DNA of 64,000 nt, taken from positions 1 to 64,000 of the IMG/VR virus record IMGVR_UViG_3300035156_000206; one strand, written 5' to 3'. A model generated the notes under the pieces. The model saw only the letters and a list, made by a program, of their open reading frames with translations, ran no database searches and was not told the DNA's origin. Shown in pieces: positions 41,711 to 51,012 of the stretch (within the stretch, counting starts at the first letter, position 1; each line of letters starts with the position of its first letter). A program made the translations under genes and the position numbers.

Positions 41711-41720
41711 GGTAAACCCT

Positions 41721-41776
41721 TTCGTCAGTTGTTCAGATATGCTTATCATTATAAACATATTCTCAGAATTGTCAAC
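41721..41776 (-). promoter_or_regulatory. Distant variant of early promoter+leader repeat
   Basis: TTGACA-16-TATAAT...AACTGACGAAAGGG. Confidence 0.75.
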
Positions 41777-41796
41777 GTGTTTTTTGCTGATCAAAT

Positions 41797-42438
41797 TCAG
41801 TCAACTGGGCTCACTTTACCCCACGTACGATGCACTTCTCGTACACGATGTGTGATGTCTTCAAGACGTTCTTGGTATGCATCGACGAGCTTCTTCTTTT
41901 CAGCCCACTTCAGATCTTTGAAGGTCGCCACTTTACGTGGATCGGTTTCAAGTACCGCTCGGTATCGTGCCATCACATCAGCAATATGGTTAGTACGCTG
42001 GTTTGTTTCTGGAGCACGGAAGTCCCCATGGAGGCTGTCTTCCGAGCCGAGCAGTTTGCTACCGAATGCAGTTCCTGCAGCCAGTACCACTGACCACATC
42101 AGATCACAGTACACTGAAGTTTGATGGCTCATGTTCCAGTCCATGAACGTGAACGAAATAGTAGGCCACCATGTATCCAGTTCCGATTGGAAGAACACTG
42201 CATCGATTACAAACAGCAGAATCATGCCCAATACGTACACAATACACCACATCGTAGTGAATTGCATGGCGAAGTACGCTCGTTCCCGAAGCGTAACAGC
42301 ATTCTTGACACGTTTCCAGTACACTGGAAGCAAAGCACCAGCCAAGCCCAGTGTACCAAAGAACACTGCCATCGCGAACAGATTCGATATCAGTGTGATT
42401 GTGTTCAGGAACGGGATCTTGCTTTCTTGATTATGCAT
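41797..42438 (-). CDS. Membrane protein
   Basis: 213 aa; three hydrophobic segments. Confidence 0.8.
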   Translation of the reverse strand: MHNQESKIPFLNTITLISNLFAMAVFFGTLGLAGALLPVYWKRVKNAVTLRERAYFAMQFTTMWCIVYVLGMILLFVIDAVFFQSELDTWWPTISFTFMDWNMSHQTSVYCDLMWSVVLAAGTAFGSKLLGSEDSLHGDFRAPETNQRTNHIADVMARYRAVLETDPRKVATFKDLKWAEKKKLVDAYQERLEDITHRVREVHRTWGKVSPVD

Positions 42439-43594
42439 GTTGAACCAAACCTTTCCGGTTGCCAGTTTCTGGCATTACATTCGATTGAGCCACGTAAGCA
42501 AACTCGCGCTCTACCCAGTTGCCAACACGCTGGAACAACAACCGATGCGTTTCTGGCGTACCTACGATGACCGTGGTATCTTTGTTCTTACCGGACAGCG
42601 GATTGATCAGTTCCCAGACATTGCAGGCACTGTCTGGACGAGCCGCTCGTCCGATAACCTGATTCAGTTGCGTGTAGCTGCCGTACTGGCGACCCAGCAA
42701 CACATCAGTACAACCTTTTACGTCAACACCTTCGTTGATCTTGTTGCAGTTGACGATGAACTGAATGTTCCCACCTGCTGAGAAATCATCCAGAACTACG
42801 TTGACTGCTGCTTCTGATTGTTTGGAGATCAGAGCACTTTTGTAGCCCAGTTCTGTCAGATACTCGTGAATCTCGGTCGCTTCCTTGACGGTCTTCACAA
42901 AAACCATCGTCTGTCCCATCTCGTGGCCGAAATGAGAAATGACTGATTTGATAATAGTGGCTTTGCTGCCTGTCGTTGGATCAACGATTGAATGCAGACG
43001 CGTTGGAGCCAAGAAGCCTTGTTCAACTGCTTCTTCGCGTGTAATCGGTTCAACAATCTTTTCGAACTTGATGACGCAACCGTCTGCACGCTCGTCCGTA
43101 GCCGTCAGGCCGATGATTGGATAGTCGCCCATCACCATCAGCTGACGCTGGATCGTCATCATTGCTTCGTGGTGTGCTTCATCGATCACGATGATGTCGA
43201 TACCTTCATCGACTACATGTTGTGGGATTGGCGAGAATGCCGATTGGTAGATGACGTCGACGCCGTTCTCTTCTGCAAACGTCCGCTCCGCCTGGGTCAA
43301 CAGGCGATGCTTGTGCGCTACAAACAGAACACGCATGCGACGATCCATTGGAATACCAAGGATGCGATGCAGTTCAGGATTGTTCAGAGTGAACGTGATG
43401 GTGATCGTCTTACCGGTGCCAGTAGGCTGCTTGATCAGGATCCGGCGGAACCCTTGGGAGAAGTACTGAATCGCAGCATTGCATGACGCGATTTGAAACC
43501 AGCGAACTTGTTTCTCGCCGTAGTACACATCCAGGTTGTCTTCGACATTGTCGATCATTTCAACCATGCTGGTGTCGTCGCCTACTGTGCTCAT
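42431..43594 (-). CDS. Superfamily 2 (DEAH) helicase
   Basis: PTGTGKT, DEAHH, LTAT, QVIGRAAR motifs. Confidence 0.9.
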   Translation of the reverse strand: MSTVGDDTSMVEMIDNVEDNLDVYYGEKQVRWFQIASCNAAIQYFSQGFRRILIKQPTGTGKTITITFTLNNPELHRILGIPMDRRMRVLFVAHKHRLLTQAERTFAEENGVDVIYQSAFSPIPQHVVDEGIDIIVIDEAHHEAMMTIQRQLMVMGDYPIIGLTATDERADGCVIKFEKIVEPITREEAVEQGFLAPTRLHSIVDPTTGSKATIIKSVISHFGHEMGQTMVFVKTVKEATEIHEYLTELGYKSALISKQSEAAVNVVLDDFSAGGNIQFIVNCNKINEGVDVKGCTDVLLGRQYGSYTQLNQVIGRAARPDSACNVWELINPLSGKNKDTTVIVGTPETHRLLFQRVGNWVEREFAYVAQSNVMPETGNRKGLVQHA

Positions 43595-43621
43595 GTAGTT
43601 CTCCTCGTGAAATTTGCATAT

Positions 43622-43667
43622 CAAAATTGAATAACCCCATTGTATAGGGAATATTCAATTTTGTCAA
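43622..43667 (-). promoter_or_regulatory. Helicase promoter inside 12-bp inverted repeat
   Basis: TTGACA-17-TACAAT; CAAAATTGAATA...TATTCAATTTTG. Confidence 0.75.
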
Positions 43668-43688
43668 CGAGGAATTTTGCGAATCGAT

Positions 43689-44228
43689 TTAGCCCTTTAT
43701 ATGAGGCCTCAGCGTCCGCTCATACAGTTTGATCACCTCACGTGCGAATTTACCTATGGTGTGGACGTTTGCTATCCCAGCCAGGTCAATGGTGACACCA
43801 TTCAATTCAGGGACTTTTGTCAGAGCCACAGCAAGAGCCAGATTGTCATTGAATAGCTTTTGCCCCAAAGAGTCGAGATGCTCTGGGCTAAATGGCACCA
43901 ATGGCTCGGCAAGGACGGGTGCGGGAGCAGGCGTCTTTCTTGGGCGTGGCATTTGCACATTGATCAGTGGGATGGCATTAGGTGGGCCACCAATTGACCA
44001 AATGCAGCTATGCCGAACGCCATTCAACATATACACATTTTCGACTACATGGAGTGAGTTGTGCATCTCAATGGGTTGCATGTGTTCAAGATGCTCTTCC
44101 CACACTACCGTAGCAGCAGCGTCAGATAACTTCGTGTCTACCCACTTACCGAAGATCGAATCCAGTTGGTCTTCCGTAAAGCCACCAGCTGGCACAGCAT
44201 ATGGATTAGGCTTCTGTTCCTTGCTCAT
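43689..44228 (-). CDS. Hypothetical protein
   Basis: start moved to MSKEQK, overlap with coaD stop. Confidence 0.75.
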   Translation of the reverse strand: MSKEQKPNPYAVPAGGFTEDQLDSIFGKWVDTKLSDAAATVVWEEHLEHMQPIEMHNSLHVVENVYMLNGVRHSCIWSIGGPPNAIPLINVQMPRPRKTPAPAPVLAEPLVPFSPEHLDSLGQKLFNDNLALAVALTKVPELNGVTIDLAGIANVHTIGKFAREVIKLYERTLRPHIKG

Positions 44229-44767
44229 GGTGCCACCTGTGTATAACATTGATTCTTGAAGCTCTGCTTGGCGCGGAGGAGACCAAATGTGTTGTTGTGA
44301 ACGTAAGGACGAACCCGCTCTTCCCAATTAGCCAATCCCACCAAACCACGAATGGCTGAGGAACTGATCTTGGCCACATCAGGAGGTGGCATCAGGAATA
44401 CGGTGCTGATGTGGGGAGCAAAGTCGTTATTGAACTGCTGCATCCCTTGTTCGTACGTGAAGTCTGCCGAATTACGAAGCCCACGGAACATTAAGGTGGC
44501 ACCATGCTTGTCACACAGGTCCACGATCATGCCGTTATCAGCATATACCACAATTACCTTCTTGGCGTCATCCCAAGGCAACTCTTCCTCAATTGCCGAA
44601 TTGACGGTAGCCCAGCGTTCCTTGTCCGTAAAGTAGGGTACGCCCTTGTCTGCATTGCGTGCAATCGCGACATACAAGGTGTCAACCATCTTGACGGCAC
44701 TCTTGATTACGGCCAAGTGACCTTTGGTGATGGGGTCATACGACCCTGATACGAGACCGATAGTCAT
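44225..44767 (-). CDS. coaD: Phosphopantetheine adenylyltransferase
   Basis: GSYDPITKGH, RGLR...DF.YE, ISSS motifs. Confidence 0.92.
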   Translation of the reverse strand: MTIGLVSGSYDPITKGHLAVIKSAVKMVDTLYVAIARNADKGVPYFTDKERWATVNSAIEEELPWDDAKKVIVVYADNGMIVDLCDKHGATLMFRGLRNSADFTYEQGMQQFNNDFAPHISTVFLMPPPDVAKISSSAIRGLVGLANWEERVRPYVHNNTFGLLRAKQSFKNQCYTQVAP

Positions 44768-46023
44768 GGTGCTCCTCCATCACGTGCACTGTTCTTGTTA
44801 AGATCAACAACCAGTTTCATGCGTTCCAGGATACCAACAATGTTTGCACGCGCTGGCTCTTCCAGATGTGCGTACGTCTCGGTATGGAACAATTTCGGGC
44901 GGTTCAGGAAGGCTGACATTGCCTGGATGCGACCAGTCGCAAACTGAAGATCGCTGTACTGGCTAAATTCGGCCCTGATCTGTTCATCTGACTCGATAAT
45001 GTCTGCTGTACTGCCCATACCGAGGCCACACAAATCCATATCCAGGAACAGCCCACAATCGTTCAGCAACTCAGGACGACTGAGAATGTAAGGCGACCTG
45101 ATCTGGTGGCCCTTTGTCGCACAGATCATTTCAGCAGCAATCTGTGCCGACCGCTTGGAGTGTTGTGTCAACTGACCATTGTGGTACGCGGTGAGTTGTT
45201 GGAACATCACATGTGCGCTGTCGTACTCACTGAGAGGGTACGATTCAGGATCTGTGCTGTACACGTAATCGTGCCACCAAATGGCAATCTCGACTGCTAG
45301 CGGATCGTGCATCAGCGGCTTGACCTTGTCGAACTGCTCAAAAATGTTGACGAGGTGCATGAGACCGTGGTAATGGCGGTGTTCTTCTGTGTAGGCAGCT
45401 TGGAGTTGCAACCACAAATCATGATTCCCAAATGTATTCAGAAATCGCAGTTCGAGAAGATCCATCTTCACGCCATTAGCAACTTCCGTAGCGTACTCGG
45501 CCATTTGCTCCAACGACTGATTAGTGTCAACAGCAATATCAGCCAAGGCTGCCTTCATTGTGCTGCTAAATTGTTCAGCCATAATGGCCTCAGCCTTTTC
45601 AACGCTGAAGCGGCCACGTTCGGCGATCCGTTCGCGTTGTGTGTCAATATCACAGAATACTGTGACCACAACTGCACCTTGATCGGCAAACATGATTGGG
45701 CCATCATGCTCGAAGTACAGAGGGAAGTCGAAGATGGTGTTATTGCCAATCATGGCATCGTGCATCCGCTGCTGCAGGTATTGCTTGGAGAGCCTTTCCA
45801 GCCATTCGCGGTGGATCTCATTCTTGAACACGAATGTTGAAATCTCGGCGCGGTCCGTGGTGCCAAAGCGGCCTTTCAGGGACTTGCAGAACATGTCGTC
45901 CAAGTACAGCTTGTGAATTTCGGCATCCACATCGAAAAGCTTATAATGTGGAAGACGGTCAGTGAGCATCTTGGTGAAGGTGCTCTTACCACAACCGATG
46001 TTGCCGGTGATAATGATGTTCAT
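44764..46023 (-). CDS. coaE: Dephospho-CoA kinase fused to HD-type phosphohydrolase
   Basis: ITGNIGCGKST, DAEIH, DRAEI, R...R.R, Q; C-terminal RHYH.L.H and WWHDYVY. Confidence 0.85.
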   Translation of the reverse strand: MNIIITGNIGCGKSTFTKMLTDRLPHYKLFDVDAEIHKLYLDDMFCKSLKGRFGTTDRAEISTFVFKNEIHREWLERLSKQYLQQRMHDAMIGNNTIFDFPLYFEHDGPIMFADQGAVVVTVFCDIDTQRERIAERGRFSVEKAEAIMAEQFSSTMKAALADIAVDTNQSLEQMAEYATEVANGVKMDLLELRFLNTFGNHDLWLQLQAAYTEEHRHYHGLMHLVNIFEQFDKVKPLMHDPLAVEIAIWWHDYVYSTDPESYPLSEYDSAHVMFQQLTAYHNGQLTQHSKRSAQIAAEMICATKGHQIRSPYILSRPELLNDCGLFLDMDLCGLGMGSTADIIESDEQIRAEFSQYSDLQFATGRIQAMSAFLNRPKLFHTETYAHLEEPARANIVGILERMKLVVDLNKNSARDGGAP

Positions 46024-46024
46024 G

Positions 46025-46624
46025 CTATGCCTTTGGTTCTGGTGGTACATAACCACGGAATGTGAAACTTACTCGTTCGCCACACTGGAACCCTGCTTTA
46101 GGAATCCTGTGGACGTGTGAAATCTGCATCCCTGGCTGCATCAGGCAGAGGCTGCCGTGTTCAAGCTTCAGGGACGTAACGTCCTTCTTGTCTTCATACG
46201 GAGCGAAATGAATCTCGCGTTCCGCACCGAAGGTGATCAACGCGATTGGGCGCGTGTGATCCATGATTGGGCTATTGTCAGCGTGCCAGCCAAGCCAATT
46301 GCGCTCATTCATATAACGATTGAGGAACAATACCTCAAATTGGGTACTGTAGAAATCTTGTACCGCAACTTGTGCACCACGCAAGAATGGTGTCCACTCC
46401 TGCTGTTCGTACGTGCGCTCCCCAACGCCTTCACCATAAGTGTAGGCGCCATCAATGTCAGCCACAAAGTATTCCATCCGTGTTGGAGTGCGGTCAGCCC
46501 AATCCAGTGTACCCAGGTGTGCAATGACGTTGTCACGCGTCACTTCTGGCATCCAAACCACACGGCCGGCTTCATCGAACGCGAAGTCCTTGAAATATTC
46601 AACTGGTACATTAGGGATCAACAT
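46025..46624 (-). CDS. alkB: AlkB-family 2OG-Fe(II) dioxygenase
   Basis: GWHAD (HxD), L.HGSL..M, H.IPK, RVSFTFR. Confidence 0.9.
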   Translation of the reverse strand: MLIPNVPVEYFKDFAFDEAGRVVWMPEVTRDNVIAHLGTLDWADRTPTRMEYFVADIDGAYTYGEGVGERTYEQQEWTPFLRGAQVAVQDFYSTQFEVLFLNRYMNERNWLGWHADNSPIMDHTRPIALITFGAEREIHFAPYEDKKDVTSLKLEHGSLCLMQPGMQISHVHRIPKAGFQCGERVSFTFRGYVPPEPKA

Positions 46625-46694
46625 AATTGTTCTTCTTGATTTGTATAGGAATTCTGCGATCTTAATATGTCAGAGTGAAAAAGTCAACAAAAAG

Positions 46695-47879
46695 TTAACG
46701 ACCTAACCGTTCGGCAATGTCTGCTATTTCACGAACCACGTTTTGCTGGTTGTGGTCAACGTACTTGATACCTAATTTGAGTGCACATGCTGTGTAATCT
46801 GGAACAAACAATACCGCATGCAACGTGTGCTGCAAATTGCGGCGCATGGTAAAGTCTGGGATCAGCGTCCCGTTCCCCACAGCAACAAGTCGCATGGCTT
46901 GCATATATTGCTCCATCTGAGTTGGATTACCAAGAACAGGTACTCCATAGTACACGCAAGCCGACACCAGACCATGAGCAGCATGAGACACTACCAGATT
47001 ACAGGTAGGCAACAACGCATCGAGGCGTACGGGAGTTGTGTGCAATACCATATTTGGTGAAGCGTACTGCTCCTTGATGTCATCCGGGAGACCTGGAATG
47101 TAACAAATTACATTGAGGTCAATTGCGGTCAGCGCATCGAGTAGGTTGCACACAGACTCATTGTACTGTACATACACAAATACGTTTTTCTGGCCACCTG
47201 CAGGCCACTTCACATCAAGTCCATGCTCCACGTCAAACAGAGGACCAAAATACTTTCCGTCCTGCCGATCAGGGTAGTGGTCAAACTCTGGAAACGTGAG
47301 CAGAGCCTCTTCGTCAGCGCGCATGCACGACGGAAGGTTGCTGAACATTGACCTACCATACATCAGCGCAATGGTATTAAGTATCCCTACTATCTGATCT
47401 TCTCCCAGCTTCAATGCCTCTTTGTTGGCTTTGTGCCGAAAGATTGGATATGTGCGATCCCATTTTGGTGGAATCTCGAAGCCAGTACCAATGTTGAAAG
47501 TAGGAATCCCAGCCATGCGTGCTGCAAAGAGGGCGGCGGGTGAATGGTCAAGCAGTACCACGTCAGGTTCTTCTGCTAGGAATATGTCGATCCAAGCAGC
47601 GATGGTGGGCTCCATCACATCAATCCTGCCGAACCCTTTGGACAACAGGATGTCGCCATAACTGGAAATCTTCCGCCCTGCTGGGCGCTGATCGATCAGC
47701 AAATGTGGAATGGTACCATATTCAAACCTATCCTCTCCTAGCACCGTGTGAGCAATTTCCATATCCTTCAGGAAGAAGATGATGGTATGACCACGTGAAC
47801 GCAACTCACGAGCGATCAGGCGTTGGCGAAGGATGTGGCCTAGATTGGCACCCAGTTCCCACGCAAATAGGAATTTCAC
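46695..47879 (-). CDS. GT-B glycosyltransferase (GT1/GT28-like)
   Basis: WELGANLGH, VVSHAAHG, GVPVLGNP...EQ motifs. Confidence 0.85.
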   Translation of the reverse strand: MKFLFAWELGANLGHILRQRLIARELRSRGHTIIFFLKDMEIAHTVLGEDRFEYGTIPHLLIDQRPAGRKISSYGDILLSKGFGRIDVMEPTIAAWIDIFLAEEPDVVLLDHSPAALFAARMAGIPTFNIGTGFEIPPKWDRTYPIFRHKANKEALKLGEDQIVGILNTIALMYGRSMFSNLPSCMRADEEALLTFPEFDHYPDRQDGKYFGPLFDVEHGLDVKWPAGGQKNVFVYVQYNESVCNLLDALTAIDLNVICYIPGLPDDIKEQYASPNMVLHTTPVRLDALLPTCNLVVSHAAHGLVSACVYYGVPVLGNPTQMEQYMQAMRLVAVGNGTLIPDFTMRRNLQHTLHAVLFVPDYTACALKLGIKYVDHNQQNVVREIADIAERLGR

Positions 47880-48058
47880 TAGTAGCCCTCGATTTTGAAG
47901 TACTGCAACATTTTTAAGGTCTCGCTCTCATACTGACTCGACAAGAAGAGCTGTGAGCCATCCAGTAGGTGGAGGAACCAACCACCACTAGGTGCAGGCT
48001 CGAGCCGCATGATTGCGGTTGCAGGAATATAGAAGTGCCCTACACGAATGGCTATCAT
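47879..48058 (-). CDS. Hypothetical protein, 59 aa
   Basis: hand-translated MIAIRVGHFYIPATAIMRLEP...; fills operon gap. Confidence 0.6.
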   Translation of the reverse strand: MIAIRVGHFYIPATAIMRLEPAPSGGWFLHLLDGSQLFLSSQYESETLKMLQYFKIEGY

Positions 48059-48249
48059 GATACGGACATTGATATCACAAATGGAGCATGGGTGATGCTG
48101 TAGTACAGAATGAATCCACCGATCAAGCCTGGGATGATTGCTAACTTCTCCATGCTACCAAAAGCATGGGACACAAGTAGCATCGTGAAAGACCACCAAC
48201 AGAGGTAGCAGCCAATGAGGATCAGGATAAGGAAACCAAAGATTGCCAT
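48055..48249 (-). CDS. Small membrane protein
   Basis: 64 aa; two TM helices. Confidence 0.7.
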   Translation of the reverse strand: MAIFGFLILILIGCYLCWWSFTMLLVSHAFGSMEKLAIIPGLIGGFILYYSITHAPFVISMSVS

Positions 48250-48356
48250 GTGAGTCTTTCAATGTTGTGGAGGAATACAACAATCATACACAAACTTATG
48301 TTTGCAGACAACAAAAAACCCGCCGAAGCGGGTTGGGTGCTGCAGGAGATGACTTG

Positions 48357-49418
48357 TTATACCGTTACTGCCTCATAGAGGAATGTGGTATCACCGATCA
48401 GCTTGCGGTTGTTTGACGTCGATTGGACGAACACCGTATACCGCTCACGGTCAAATGTAGGCTTGATGTCGACGCTTTCGCCTTCTGGGAGACCCAGGAC
48501 TTCGCGTGCGGCACTACCTTGGTACATGTCACCAGTTTCCTTGTCCAGGATGACGATCTCTTTCTTCGCCTGGATAGTTTCTCGCTTGGTGAACTCGTAG
48601 AAGCCACGACCGGTCTTGAATACGAGACCACTCGCCTCTACCAACTGCTTGATCGGTTGATCGTAATCAACCGGGATTTGCTGGAAGCGACCTTCTGCCA
48701 CAGCCTTAGCATCAACCTTGCGGTAGCGACCTTTCGAGTCACGCTTGTTGAGGCTATCGAAGATTGACGACATAGTACGTGTCATGCGCTTCGATGTGGT
48801 TACTTCTTCCTCGTACTTCTGCAAAGCTTCTGGGCTCTGTTGTTGATATACAACTGCCAGGAACATCTCTGTAGCTTCACTAAATTGTGACAGCTTGATG
48901 TGTGCACCGCCTGAGCGGTGGGCAAGTTCAGCATAGAATGCGGTAGCTTGACCTTCATTCAATGCTTGCACACCATGGACCAGAACGCCTTTGGAGGTAA
49001 GCGTGTCCAACTCTTTGCGCCAGTCGAGACGCTTTGGGTTATGTGCAGGAGGGTGGGGAATAGCATCACCGATAACAGCAAGTACTCGCTTGCTATCCGG
49101 GCGCCATTGAACAACAGAGTGGGCTTCATGCAAGACCAGCTCGTAGCACTCAGGCCAATCGCCACCGCCGGTAGACGAGACGTGATTAACGAAGTGCGAT
49201 ACCGCTTCAGGGTCGCTGGTCAATTGCAAGTGTTTGGTAACGTAGGTACTACGCTCATCACAGTAGTCACCGTGGGCGATCAGTCCGATACGTAAATTGG
49301 GAACATCATTGAAGAGGCGCTTGGCCGTTGCTGCGATCTCGCGGCGCACTTGGGCGAGACACGGATACATGGATCCGGTGGTGTCAAAAGAGAATACGAT
49401 GTCAATAGGTTGATTCAT
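48357..49418 (-). CDS. von Willebrand factor A domain protein
   Basis: DIVFSFDTTGSM MIDAS, GGGD.PE, IGDA.PH. Confidence 0.9.
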   Translation of the reverse strand: MNQPIDIVFSFDTTGSMYPCLAQVRREIAATAKRLFNDVPNLRIGLIAHGDYCDERSTYVTKHLQLTSDPEAVSHFVNHVSSTGGGDWPECYELVLHEAHSVVQWRPDSKRVLAVIGDAIPHPPAHNPKRLDWRKELDTLTSKGVLVHGVQALNEGQATAFYAELAHRSGGAHIKLSQFSEATEMFLAVVYQQQSPEALQKYEEEVTTSKRMTRTMSSIFDSLNKRDSKGRYRKVDAKAVAEGRFQQIPVDYDQPIKQLVEASGLVFKTGRGFYEFTKRETIQAKKEIVILDKETGDMYQGSAAREVLGLPEGESVDIKPTFDRERYTVFVQSTSNNRKLIGDTTFLYEAVTV

Positions 49419-49549
49419 AATACATTTTCCAGTCTAAAAGGTCTGTTTAAGTTCTAAAATTAGTGTACAACTAGCATGTCGCACACGCTAAGTAAGTATT
49501 TATACTGAAAAACACCAAGGTTTTGGGGTTCCTTGGTGTTTTATTTGAA

Positions 49550-49873
49550 TCAATCGCCGCTGTCTATCGATTTTGTTGCTGTGCATTTTGAGCACTTGTA
49601 CTTCGTCATGCCGCTAGCACTCTTTGTGGTTTCCCACTTGTGAGTCCCTGGTGCGCACAGGGCTGCTTTCTCTTTGGCCTTTCGTTCTTCGTTGGCCTTC
49701 CGAGCTGCTGCACCCTTTTCTGCCAGTGCATCATCAATCTTCTTTTGTTCCTCAGCGGTCTTACGCTTTGGTACTTTGCCGTCAGCTTCTGCCCGTGCCC
49801 ACTGATCGGCTAGTGTATCAGGGCGCTTTAGCGACTGACGGTCTTCTTCATTCAAAATTTCGGTGATCTTCAT
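49550..49873 (-). CDS. Late protein with MKITEILNE N-terminus and Cys cluster
   Basis: TAAATA at 49900-49905; GAGG RBS. Confidence 0.75.
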   Translation of the reverse strand: MKITEILNEEDRQSLKRPDTLADQWARAEADGKVPKRKTAEEQKKIDDALAEKGAAARKANEERKAKEKAALCAPGTHKWETTKSASGMTKYKCSKCTATKSIDSGD

Positions 49874-49923
49874 AGTTACCTCGTAGTTGTTGGGTAGCGT
49901 ATTTATCGCACAGACGGGTAAGG

Positions 49924-50196
49924 TTAGGTTTTGTAGTTGATTTGGTTGTCCAACACAAAAGATATTACCACCTCACAGGTACGAATTGGCGCACTCCCAT
50001 TTAGAACTTCGCAACTATGTGTATTATCGTCGAAGTTATTGCAGTTCTTGCAAGTGGAATCGTGTCCCCAGTATTTGTCCCAATGATCCTGGGCTAGGGA
50101 AACACCACTACACTTACCACCACCAAAGCGGTGCGGGAATCTATACGCCCTGCAATCACAGACGTACTCCCCGGTTCGGCTCTTTCTAGCTTTCAA
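49924..50196 (-). CDS. Cys-rich putative zinc-binding protein
   Basis: CDC...H...C, CKNC...C. Confidence 0.7.
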   Translation of the reverse strand: MKARKSRTGEYVCDCRAYRFPHRFGGGKCSGVSLAQDHWDKYWGHDSTCKNCNNFDDNTHSCEVLNGSAPIRTCEVVISFVLDNQINYKT

Positions 50197-50374
50197 TTGT
50201 GATTAGCTCTACATCAATGTACCGCTGAAAAGTACCAGGGTCCAATTCCACAAAATGTCCAGGTACAGAATCGGTAGGCTGTATCACTAAGTAGTAGTTC
50301 CCACTCTCCGTGAGGAATCGAATGTCCCCTTGCTGTGGCCCAAGCATGAACTTCTGGCCGACTGAATATGGCAT
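50186..50374 (-). CDS. Hypothetical protein
   Basis: start moved to MPYSVG. Confidence 0.55.
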   Translation of the reverse strand: MPYSVGQKFMLGPQQGDIRFLTESGNYYLVIQPTDSVPGHFVELDPGTFQRYIDVELITIES

Positions 50375-50378
50375 GGAT

Positions 50379-50963
50379 CTAGCAGTCACAGTGTGATGAT
50401 GGCATTGTGCCACGTGGATCAAACGTCTTGTCAAAGTAGACGGTGTAGAAGTGCTTTGGCTCTTCACCATATTCTTCCATAAATGCATCGATCACTTCCT
50501 GCTCATCCTTTGGATTGAGCACACTGACGCACTCGTGAGTGTACCGAACAGCCGTAGTGATCTGGTTCAGATGTTTCTTCGGAGCAACTGGAGGTGCAGC
50601 CGCTGCACTGTCACCAACGATCCTTATCAGGACCTCGTCGCTCATATCGTCTTGGTCGAACTCCATGTTGGCAAATTGCTCTTGGGTGATCTCTTTGACT
50701 CCCATGTAGCAATGGGCAAACCAGTGAAAGCGTTCCCAGGTGGGTGTGTTGTTTTTGAACATCACGGTATTGAACCGCTTGTTGGGGAATTCTTCGAACG
50801 TCACGGTTGAAGAAGATTGGCTTACGTCAATGCGAGCGACCGTCAGCTCATCGCCCACTTCTAGCAGTAGGTTGGCATTAGTTACGTCGCTGTCGTAACC
50901 ACCTTTACCGGTGTACACTACCTTACCACCAGATGCTGTGTTGATATCCATCAGATTCTCCAA
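50379..50963 (-). CDS. Hypothetical protein
   Basis: 194 aa; FNTVMF motif. Confidence 0.8.
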   Translation of the reverse strand: MENLMDINTASGGKVVYTGKGGYDSDVTNANLLLEVGDELTVARIDVSQSSSTVTFEEFPNKRFNTVMFKNNTPTWERFHWFAHCYMGVKEITQEQFANMEFDQDDMSDEVLIRIVGDSAAAAPPVAPKKHLNQITTAVRYTHECVSVLNPKDEQEVIDAFMEEYGEEPKHFYTVYFDKTFDPRGTMPSSHCDC

Positions 50964-51012
50964 TTCAAAAACGTCACCCTAGACAAAAAGAAAAACAAAA
51001 ACAACAGTTATT

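Noticed and set aside
40577-42124. 515-aa plus-strand ORF and similar long antisense ORFs (e.g. 1368-2018, 3651-4391, 6125-6898, 39643-40296)
   Set aside because: Exact antisense shadows of well-supported minus-strand genes; no RBS, promoter or motifs.
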